From Candidatus Latescibacterota bacterium (GTDB taxonomy: Bacteria > Latescibacterota > UBA2968 > UBA8231), in contig OZ220089.1 in the NCBI GenBank assembly GCA_964291625.2, forward strand, positions 4,032,001 through 4,096,000: DNA of 64,000 nt. Direction: 5' to 3'. Numbering within the stretch: the stretch's first letter is position 1; each line of letters opens with the position of its first letter. Below are positions 47,510-56,200 of this stretch, in pieces. The position numbers and the translations under genes were made by a program. The notes beneath the pieces are model-generated. The model searched no databases. It saw only the letters and a list, made by a program, of their open reading frames with translations, and was not told where the DNA came from.

Positions 47510-48973
47510 ATGGTCTTGACCACGACGCTTGAAGGTTTCGACCGCAAGGGGTGGATCATCCGGTTCGGCCAGGCTCTCGAGGACGCGGCCGCCACAGCTC
47601 GGCCGCATGGGGTCCCCTTCCGCATGTACGGGCAAATCCGGAGAGAAGAGAACCGCCGATACCGCGAGATGGCTGAGCTGGCCAGGACCGATCCGTACGC
47701 CGCCAAGCTGTTCGACGAGTCCCACCTCTGGCTCGACGCCCTGCCCGACGGCGTGCAGGACCTGCTGTTGGAGCACCCCGTGATGGAGCACGCGTGGTCC
47801 CGCGGATCGAGGGAGGGGTTCCATTTTGTGCACCTGCTTGGAAGCGGCCACGCCGGTGTCAGTTCCCTGATTGCCGACCTCGCCAAGCTGTCGGTCAAGG
47901 TAGGCGGCAAACGCGCGGCGACCATGCTGCACAGGTTTCTCGTCGCCGGAGAGGCCGTGCGACTGCACGCCCACGAGATCACGGTGTTCCACGGCTTGAA
48001 GCTCGAGGAGCCGATCCGGCTGGGACGAGGCGCCTATCTGGCCTCCTACGACGCCGTCCGGAAGCGTTTCGGACTGGACGAGGATCCGGAACCCTGGCTG
48101 AGACGGAGCGACGAGGGCCTGGATTCTCACCCAGGAAGACTGGCTCGCACGTCGTCGCGCGCCGTGCTCGTTCGACAAGTGAAATGGGGACCCGCTGTGG
48201 CGCCGTGTGACTGTCCCACCAAGTCGGAATGGCCCCTCAGGCTCAGCTACCGGTTCCCCGAAGACCACCGCGTCGAGTCAGTGGCCGACCTCTTCGAAGA
48301 ACGCCGAACCCTGTTGCTGCTGTTGGGCATCGCAGTGCGATCCAAGCTGGTAAGTCACACCGGCATCGATGCCGTGCCCCCTTGGATGACTCAGCTCAAC
48401 CCCAACCTGCGAACCGAATCCCCGGGAGGTGACTGGGGGGTATTCGACGTGTGGCCGGAAGACCAAGCGCCATCCAAGGAGGATCTAGACGCCTTCACGG
48501 CGGCGGCCCTCGGCTGGCTGACCTTCTGCGCCGGGAAGGAAGACCGCAGCACGGAGCTGGCGATCCGGCGCACCGCTGCCTGCTTCGGGATCGCCGGGGG
48601 CAGGTTCGGCGTGGAAGATCGGCTAATCGACGCCGGCATCGCGTTGGAAGCCATGTACGGTCCGTTCGATGGCGGCGACATCAGACGCAAGATCAGCTCG
48701 CGCACCGCCTGGCTGCTGGGCGGGTGCGCCTACGAAGGCCGCGCGATCTCCAAGGACATGAAGTCGTTCTACTCGACCCGCTCCAAGGTTGTCCACGGAA
48801 CGGTCAGCCGGGATCGCCAGAAACGAGAGCGAGAGCTCGCCGGCGCTCTCGAGACGGGACGAGAGCTCGCTCGCAGTACGCTCTTCGGCTTGCTCGCTCG
48901 GGGTCCGGTCCACCACGAGAGCGAATGGGACGCGCTCATGCAGGAGAGTCCGACAGGCGCGAGCGACAAGTAG
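47510..48973 (+). CDS. Apea-like HEPN domain protein
   Basis: GAGGAG RBS; DRLIDAGIALEAMY...ISSRTAWLLG...FYSTRSKVVHG (RxxxxH). Confidence 0.78.
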   Translation: MVLTTTLEGFDRKGWIIRFGQALEDAAATARPHGVPFRMYGQIRREENRRYREMAELARTDPYAAKLFDESHLWLDALPDGVQDLLLEHPVMEHAWSRGSREGFHFVHLLGSGHAGVSSLIADLAKLSVKVGGKRAATMLHRFLVAGEAVRLHAHEITVFHGLKLEEPIRLGRGAYLASYDAVRKRFGLDEDPEPWLRRSDEGLDSHPGRLARTSSRAVLVRQVKWGPAVAPCDCPTKSEWPLRLSYRFPEDHRVESVADLFEERRTLLLLLGIAVRSKLVSHTGIDAVPPWMTQLNPNLRTESPGGDWGVFDVWPEDQAPSKEDLDAFTAAALGWLTFCAGKEDRSTELAIRRTAACFGIAGGRFGVEDRLIDAGIALEAMYGPFDGGDIRRKISSRTAWLLGGCAYEGRAISKDMKSFYSTRSKVVHGTVSRDRQKRERELAGALETGRELARSTLFGLLARGPVHHESEWDALMQESPTGASDK

Positions 48974-48975
48974 CT

Positions 48976-49490
48976 TCAAAGTCCCTTCATGTATTTCAAC
49001 ATATGCAGCCTGAGCTCCTCCGGCTTCGGAGGTTGTGGAACGTTCAGGTCCTCCGCGAGGAGGGCGCACGCGGCGGCCAAAGCGGCCTCCATATGGAACC
49101 CTCCCGACGTGGTGACGGGCTCGTTTTCCTTCCTAACCTCGAAATGCTCCGGGTGGGGAAAGTGACCAATGCCGATGGTGGCGAACCTACCCTTGTGCCA
49201 TACGATGGTCTCGGCCCTTGATCTCGTGTTGAGCAGGAAAACCGCGCCCCGTTCTCGTAGAACGTTACGACGTCGCCGTAACCGAGGCTTTCGAACCAGA
49301 AGCGGCCGGAGGGAGTGACAGTCCACGGCCCATCGCCGCCGTCTTTCTCGAGCCAACCTTGCTCGACGAGAAAGTCGACGACCTTCGAGACCTCGGGGTC
49401 TGCCTCCACCTCAAGCGGGAGTTCGAGCTTGCCTTTGGGGTTCGAAGCCCCGCGTGCAAGCAGGTCGTACGTCAGTCTAGCATTCAATTC
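48976..49490 (-). pseudogene. Possible frameshifted hypothetical gene with wHTH-like N-terminus
   Basis: LVEQGWLEK...WTVTPSGR in one frame appears to continue as FLLNTRSRAE...MKGL* in another frame near 49240. Confidence 0.4.
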
Positions 49491-49519
49491 GAGCCACCGT
49501 CTGCCGTTTGGCGTTGCCG

Positions 49520-49596
49520 CTCCATCTCCGCCCCCGTCAACGCCAGGTCGAAGACCTCGGCGCTGGCCCGGCACTCAGCGCCGGGTGCGGGCGCCG
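49520..49596 (-). repeat. Diverged copy of the AKR 3' end (native at 51319-51394)
   Basis: About 90% identity over 77 bp with one indel; continues to an alternative stop (MERQRQTADGGSN*). Confidence 0.88.
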
Positions 49597-49616
49597 CCAA
49601 CGAGCCCCCCCGGGGC

Positions 49617-49744
49617 AATGAGACGGAATTAGACACAATAAGACAGGGATGGCATCGAAGGCATAACCGATTGTTTTTGCGTTGCTTATGTCGATCAAGA
49701 GAACTGGGACCCGAAATGAGCCGGAATAAGACAGAATAAGCCGA
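49617..49744. repeat. Two triplets of 10-bp direct repeats flanking an IHF-like site
   Basis: AATGAGACGG/AATTAGACAC/AATAAGACAG (49617-49646) and AATGAGCCGG/AATAAGACAG/AATAAGCCGA (49715-49744); TAACCGATTGTTT between them. Confidence 0.75.
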
Positions 49745-49762
49745 AAGCCACGGCGCCGAGTA

Positions 49763-51148
49763 CTATCGGCGCTTCCACCGCGCACCCCGGCCATGGCCCT
49801 CACACTTGGCCAAGCCAAGTGTCCGCAAGATCCGCAAGTCGTCGCGTACCTGCCGCTCGGTAGGTGAATTGCCCAGCTGGGGGATGATCTCCCGCAATGC
49901 GTAGCCGATGCGCTCTCCCTCTAGCAGAGACAGAATGTCCCTCTGTCGTTCGGTCACCTCCCGCTCGACATGCCTCGGAACGTACGACTCCGGCCGGAAG
50001 CGCACAGTGACGCATCCGCCGGCGTCCTCGATCTCCGGTGCCGGCAGTCCGGCGTTCGTTGTCAGTTCCCTCATCTTGATCGTTCCCCGTCCCCACTGCT
50101 CGATGATGCCACGCCGGTAGAAGACTTGCGCCACAAGAGGATTCCAGGGCAGGGACTCATGAGGCTCGAACAGCGATTCGGCTGTAAGCCCGAAGTGCAG
50201 GGTTCCCGAGGAGGTCACTTCGAGGCGGTCGTCGTATATCGCCCCGGCCACTGACCCTCCTCCAATCGAGTAGTCCCGGTGACAGATGGCGTTGGCAAGG
50301 GCCTCCCGCAACGCTTCGGGAGGATAGAGCGGATCGTCCACCCGTTCGAACAGGCCTGGCTCGATTCGTCCGGCTATGGGCAGATTCTCCCGGAAGAAGC
50401 GCTCCGCCCTGTTCAGCAACTCGAAGGCGTTGCCGTGAAATTGCCGGTTGTCCAGGAATTCGGTACGGTCCGTACCACGGAATTTCGCCACCCGCAGCAT
50501 GCACTGCGTGTACTCTCTCTCAACGCGGTCCGGCCGCCCGAACAAGACGACCGCTGCCCGCAGCAGGCTGTCTCCACGGATCAGGCCGAACCCGCGCAGC
50601 AGCGCTGCGGGATCACGGGTCCCTGGATCGTCCGAGCGCCCTCGCCGGATCGCCTCCTCGAGGGTACGAACGATCTCGTTACGGTCGAGATCACCGACTC
50701 CCCAACCCGAGGCAGGTTCGTTCTCCCAACGTCGTTCTCCGTGCAGGCGTTCGAGGAGAACCTGGTTGTACTGGTCCCGCGACATGGCCTGGTTGGTGTT
50801 GGCCACCCTGCGCCAAGTCCTCCCGCGGTGACTGTACGGCTGGGTCTGTCCCTTCGAGACGGTAACCACCACGACCTCCTTTCCGTCGCCCACAGGCACG
50901 CGATCGACGGAAGGGGAAGCCGGGGGTTCGATTTCTCGTAGCTCTGCGGCGATCTCTTCAAGCGTGTGATCCCCGACAAACTGACCGACTACCCGGCCAT
51001 CCGGTCGCACGCCGAACAGGACCGTGCCGCCGCGATGGTTCAGCATGGCGCATGTGGTTCGCGCCCCGGTACGCAACTCGCCGGTACTGACCTTCAGCTC
51101 CAGGGTCTCCGACTCGCCGTCGGCAGCCAACGCCTTCGATTTCGTCAA
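49763..51148 (-). CDS. Schlafen/AlbA_2 domain + HATPase_c_4 (RecG C-terminal-like) + wHTH protein
   Basis: GESETLELK, CAMLNHRGGTVLFGV, YPPEALREALANAICHRDY, NPLVAQVF..IEQWGRG, C-terminal HTH GHGRGARW. Confidence 0.88.
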   Translation of the reverse strand: MTKSKALAADGESETLELKVSTGELRTGARTTCAMLNHRGGTVLFGVRPDGRVVGQFVGDHTLEEIAAELREIEPPASPSVDRVPVGDGKEVVVVTVSKGQTQPYSHRGRTWRRVANTNQAMSRDQYNQVLLERLHGERRWENEPASGWGVGDLDRNEIVRTLEEAIRRGRSDDPGTRDPAALLRGFGLIRGDSLLRAAVVLFGRPDRVEREYTQCMLRVAKFRGTDRTEFLDNRQFHGNAFELLNRAERFFRENLPIAGRIEPGLFERVDDPLYPPEALREALANAICHRDYSIGGGSVAGAIYDDRLEVTSSGTLHFGLTAESLFEPHESLPWNPLVAQVFYRRGIIEQWGRGTIKMRELTTNAGLPAPEIEDAGGCVTVRFRPESYVPRHVEREVTERQRDILSLLEGERIGYALREIIPQLGNSPTERQVRDDLRILRTLGLAKCEGHGRGARWKRR

Positions 51149-51288
51149 GTGTCATACGTTCGGAATTCCGGGGCTTCCAGTACAGGTCGCACTTCAAAGT
51201 CCTTCTTCCGCGGCGAGGTTCAAGGTCTCTGCCAACCAGGGTGCCTTGCCGGGCGAGGTAAAAACAGGAGGGACCGATGGGGTCCCAT

Positions 51289-52260
51289 TCACCGCTCCTC
51301 GCGCCGCAGGTCCAGCCACTCCATCTCCGCCGCCGTCAGCGGCAGGTCGAAGACCTCGGCGTTGGCCCGGCACTCGGCGCCGTTGCGGGCGCCGACGAGG
51401 GCGTACACGTCCAGGCCCGGCTGCCGCAGCACCCACGCCAGGGCCACCTGCGGCACCGTGCAGCCCTTCTCCCCGGCCAGCTCCCGCACGCGGTCGAGGC
51501 GGCGCCAGTTGTCCTCGTGCCAGTAGGAGGCGACGCTGGAGGCGTCGACCTCGTCGCGCAGGGACTCGGCGTTGGCCCGGGTCAGCAGGCCCGAGAAGAA
51601 CCCCCGGCCGAGGCTCGACCAGGTGAACAGCGGCATGCGCCGCTGCGCGTACCACTCCCGGTCCGCCGCCCGCGAGGGTCCGGAGATGCTCAGGCAGCCC
51701 TCCCAGGGGGTCTCCTTCTCGTCGGCGAGGCCGAAGTTGGGGCTCGAGGCGACGAAGCCCCGCAGGCCGCGGGCCTCGGCGTACTCGTTGGCCTCCTGCA
51801 GGCGGGCCGTGGTCCAGTTGGAGCCGCCCATGGCGCGGATGCGGCCGGCGTCGAGGTGCTCGTTGAGGGCCTCGACGATCGGGCCCACGGGGACCCGCGG
51901 GTCGTCGCGGTGCAGGCAGTGCAGATCGTGGTAGCCATGGCGCTGGCGGGCCAGGGAGTCGGCGAGGTCGGCGGCGATGTCGTAGGGGGTCACGCGCCGG
52001 CGGTCGGAGTTGTGGTGGCAGCTCTTGCCGAGGACGAAGGCCTGGTCGCGCAGGCCGCGATCCTCCAGCCACCGTCCGAGGACGCGCTCGCAGGTGCCGC
52101 CGCCGTAGAGGGCGGCGGTGTCGAAGGCGTTGATCCCGGAGGCCCACACGGCGTCGAGGAACTCGAACCCCTCCTCCTGCTCCTCCTCGCGCAGCATGAT
52201 CGTGCCCTGCACGATGCGGGAGACCTTCTTGTCGCTCCAGGCGGGCTGTCCGTATTCCAT
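51289..52260 (-). CDS. Aldo/keto reductase; right flank of the island
   Basis: FDTAALY, GK, LHRDDP, GGSNW, WSSLGRG, QVALAW. Confidence 0.9.
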   Translation of the reverse strand: MEYGQPAWSDKKVSRIVQGTIMLREEEQEEGFEFLDAVWASGINAFDTAALYGGGTCERVLGRWLEDRGLRDQAFVLGKSCHHNSDRRRVTPYDIAADLADSLARQRHGYHDLHCLHRDDPRVPVGPIVEALNEHLDAGRIRAMGGSNWTTARLQEANEYAEARGLRGFVASSPNFGLADEKETPWEGCLSISGPSRAADREWYAQRRMPLFTWSSLGRGFFSGLLTRANAESLRDEVDASSVASYWHEDNWRRLDRVRELAGEKGCTVPQVALAWVLRQPGLDVYALVGARNGAECRANAEVFDLPLTAAEMEWLDLRREER

Positions 52261-52264
52261 CCGT

Positions 52265-53248
52265 TTATTTCTCCGTCGGGTAGACGAGCCCCCAGCGGGC
52301 CCGAATGCGGTCCATCAACTGCATGAGGGCCAGGCTCTCGTCGAGGGGCATGGTCTCGCTCTCCGCGCGCCCCTCGCGCAGGCAGCGTTCGACCTCCAGG
52401 GCCTGGTAGTTGTAGCCGTTGCCCTCCACGGGCAGCTCCAGGCGCTCCTCCTCCTCGCCCCGCTTCAGGGTGAGGGTGGAGCACTTGAAGAACGGGCTGT
52501 GGAGCAGCAGCGAGCCCTCGGTGCCGAAGATGCGCGCTTCCCCCGGGGTGCTCGTGCGCACGGCGCAACTGAGCACGGCCAGCTCGCCCCCCGGCCAGCG
52601 CAGCAGGATCCCCGACTGCTCGTCGACGCCGGTCTCCCCGAGGTGGGCGGTGGTGGCCACCTCCTCGGGGCGGGGGCCGAGGACCATGCTCGTCAGGGAG
52701 AGGACGTAGATGCCGATGTCGAGCAGGGCCCCGCCCCCGAGGTCGGGGTTGAAGAGCCGCCCCTCCGGGTTGAGGTTGGCGCGGAAGCCGAAGTCGGCCT
52801 GCACCATGCGGGGCTCGCCGATGGCGCCCTCGGCGATCAGCTCGCGGGCGCGGATCACGCCGGGGATGAAGCGCGTCCACATCGCCTCCATGATGAACAG
52901 CTTCCGGCGGCGCGCCTCCGAGATGACGTGCCGGGCCTCGGCGGCGTTGATGGTGAAGGGCTTCTCGCACAGGACCGCCTTGCCGTGCTTGAGCAGGAGG
53001 AGGCTGTTCTCGCAGTGCATGGGGTGGGGGGAGGAGACGTAGACCACGTCGACCTCCGGGTCGGCGGCCAGGGCCTCGTACGAGGCGTGTCGCCTCGGTA
53101 CCTGGAACTGGTCGCCGAAGGCATCGGCCGTCTCCTGGCTGCGCGAGCCCACGGCGGCGAGCTCGGCGCCGGCGTCGGCCAGGCCGTGGGCGAAGACCCC
53201 GGCGATGCGGCCGGTGGCCAGGATGCCCCAGCGGATGGAATCGGTCAT
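52265..53248 (-). CDS. Gfo/Idh/MocA oxidoreductase (xylose/dihydrodiol dehydrogenase-like)
   Basis: WGILATGRIA, CEKPF, MEAMWTRF, GGGALLDIGIY. Confidence 0.92.
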   Translation of the reverse strand: MTDSIRWGILATGRIAGVFAHGLADAGAELAAVGSRSQETADAFGDQFQVPRRHASYEALAADPEVDVVYVSSPHPMHCENSLLLLKHGKAVLCEKPFTINAAEARHVISEARRRKLFIMEAMWTRFIPGVIRARELIAEGAIGEPRMVQADFGFRANLNPEGRLFNPDLGGGALLDIGIYVLSLTSMVLGPRPEEVATTAHLGETGVDEQSGILLRWPGGELAVLSCAVRTSTPGEARIFGTEGSLLLHSPFFKCSTLTLKRGEEEERLELPVEGNGYNYQALEVERCLREGRAESETMPLDESLALMQLMDRIRARWGLVYPTEK

Positions 53249-56200
53249 GTGGCGAACTCCTTTGCGTTTTGGAACATCCTGAGCCAGGGGCTGAACTCGC
53301 GGTCCTCCCACTCGGGCGGGCGCCAGCTCAACTGCACGACGCGGAAGACGCGCTCGGGGTGGGGCATCATGATCGTCACCCGGCCGTCGGCGCTCGCCAG
53401 GGCGGTGACGCCCTCCGGCGAGCCGTTCGGGTTGGAGGGGTAGGTGGAGGCCGGGGTCCCGCGGCCGTCGACGAAGCGGGCGCTGACCCGGCTCTCGGCG
53501 CCCAGGCGCTCCAGGTCGGCCGGAGACGCGAACTCGGCGCGGCCCTCGCCGTGGGCCACGGGGACCGGCAGGCGGGCGCCCTCCATGCCGCGCAGCAGCA
53601 CAGAGGTCGAGGGCAGGATCTCCACCGCCGACAGGCGCGCCTCGAACTGGCCGGAGCGGTTGTCCGTGAAGCGGGGCCAGCCCTCGGCGCCGGGGATCAG
53701 CTCGGAGAGCAGCGACAGCATCTGGCAGCCGTTGCAGACGCCGAGGGCGAAGGTCTCGCCGCGGGCGAAGAAGCCCTCGAACATGCGGCGCAGGCCGTCG
53801 TGGAAGAGGATGGTGCGCGCCCAGCCGGCGCCGGCGCCGAGGACGTCGCCGTAGCTGAAGCCGCCGCAGGCGGCCAGGCCCGCGAAGTCGGCCAGATCGG
53901 CGCGGCCGGCGAGCAGGTCGGTCATGGTCACGTCCACCGAGCGGCAGCCGGCGGCGTCGAAGGCGGCGGCCATCTCCACCTGGCCGTTGACGCCCTGCTC
54001 GCGGAGGATGGCCACGGGGGGCCGCCCGTCGACGACGGCCGGTGCGCCGAAGTCGAAGGGGACGCGGCAGGTCAGGCCGGGGTCGGCGCGGTCGGCGATG
54101 GCCTCGTGCTCTTCGCGTGCGCAGTCCGGGTCGTCGCGCTGGTCGGCCATGCGAAAGCTCAACTCCGACCAAGCCTGCTCCAGGGTGCCCAGGTCCTCTC
54201 GGTAGACAGGGGTCTCAGCGTCGCCCAGGAAAACCTCGAAGGCGTCGGCCTCCACCGGGGACCCCACGTCGTGCACGTACTCGCCCACCCCGTGGGCGGC
54301 CAGCTCCGCCCGGACGCGGTCCACGTGGGCGGCGCGCACCTGGACCAGGACGCCGATCTCCTCGCTGAACAGCGCCGCCAGAGGGTCGGCACCCTCGGCC
54401 AGCCGCAGACGCACGCCCCGCCTGCCGGCGAAGGCCATCTCGGCGGCGCAGGTGAAGAGGCCGCCGTCGGAGCGGTCGTGGCAGGCCAGCAGCAGGCCCT
54501 CGGCCAGCAGCCGCTGGAGGGCGGCGAAGAGTCCGCGCACGTCGGCGGGCTCCACGTCGGGGACCCACTCGCCGAGGCGGCCGTGGACCTGGGCCAGGCA
54601 GGAGCCGCCGAGGCGGTCGCGCCCGCGGCCGAGGTCGACGAGCAGCAGGCGCGTGTCCCCATCCGGCTCCAGCTCCGGGGTGACGATCCCGCGCACGTCG
54701 GTGACCGGCGCGAAGGCGGAGACCACCAGGCTCAGGGGGGCGGCCACGGTGTGCTCCTCGCCGGCGCCGTCGCTCCAGACGGCGCGCATGGAGAGGCTGT
54801 CCTTTCCCACCGGGATCGACACCCCGAGGGCGGGGCAGAACTCCAGGCCTACGGCGCGGACCGTGTCGAAGAGGGCGGCGTCCTCGCCCTCCTCGCCGCA
54901 GGCGCACATCCAGTTGGCCGACAGCTTCACTTTCTCGATGGCGCCCACCGGCGCGGCGGCGAGGTTGGTCACCGCCTCGGCCACGGCCAGGCGCGCCGCC
55001 GCCGGACCGTCCACGAGGGCCACCGGGGTGCGCTCGCCCATGGCCATGACGGCGCCCGTGTGGCCGCGGAACCCGGTGAGGGTGGCGGCGCAGTCCGAGA
55101 CCGGCACCTGCCAGCGCCCGACCATCTGGTCGCGGGCGACGCAGCCGCCCACGGTGCGGTCGGCGATGGAGATGAGGAAGCTCTTGGCGGCCACCGCCGG
55201 GAAGCGCAGCACCCGCCCCGCCGCCTCGGCCAGATCGACGCCGTCGAGGTCGAGGCCGCCGCCGCGCCCGGGCCGCCGGCGGACGTCGCGCACCATGCGC
55301 GGCGGCTTGCCGAGGAGGGCCTCCAGGGGCAGGCCGTCCACCGGGCGGTTGCCGAAGAGGGGGTCCTCCAGGGTGAGGCGGCCGTCGCCGGTGACCCGCC
55401 CGATGACGGCGATGGGGCAGCGCTCGCGGCCGGCGATCTCGCGGAACCGCTCCAGGCGGCCGGCGCCGACGACGAGGACGTAGCGCTCCTGGGCCTCGTT
55501 GCTCCACAGCTCCATGGGGCTCATGCCCGGCTCGTCGTTGGGGATGGCGCGCAGGTCGAAGGCGGCCCCGGCGCCCTCCACCAGCTCGGGGCAGGCGTTG
55601 GACAGCCCGCCGGCGCCGACATCGTGGATCGAGCGGATCGGGTTCTCCGGCCCGAGGGCGGCGCAGCGGTCGATCAGCTCCTGGCAGCGGCGCTGCATCT
55701 CGGGGTTGTCGCGCTGCACCGAGGCGAAGTCCAGCTCCTCGAGGTTGCTGCCCGTGTCCATGGAGGAGGCGTAGCTGCCGCCGAGGCCGATGAGCAGGGC
55801 GGGGCCGCCGACCTGGACCACGGCGTCGCCGGCCTCGGGAGCCGCCTTCTCGACCTGGTCGGCGTCGACGAGGCCGCTGCCGCCGGCGACCATGATCGGC
55901 TTGTGGTAGCCGCGGTGGCGGCCGTCGACGACCTGCTCGAAGGTGCGGAAGAGGCCGAGGACGTTGGGCCGCCCGAACTCGTTGCCGAAGGCGGCGCCCC
56001 CGAGGGGGCCGTCGGTCATGATCTGCAGGGGCGAGGCCAGCCGGCCGGGGGCCTCGGCCACGGGGGCCTCCCAGGGCTGCTCCCAGCCGGGGATGCGCAG
56101 GTGGGAGACGTAGAAGGCGCACAGCCCCGCCTGGGAGCGCGCCCCGGCGCCGGTGGCGCCCTCGTCGCGGATCTCGCCGCCGACGCCGGTGGAGGCCCCG

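Noticed and set aside
48974-48988. CTTCAAAGTCC shared with 51192-51202
   Set aside because: Only 11 bp exact; many such matches are expected by chance in 64 kb.
31090-51280. Prophage, IS element or classical integron
   Set aside because: No integrase, transposase, phage structural gene or convincing attC hairpin was recognised.
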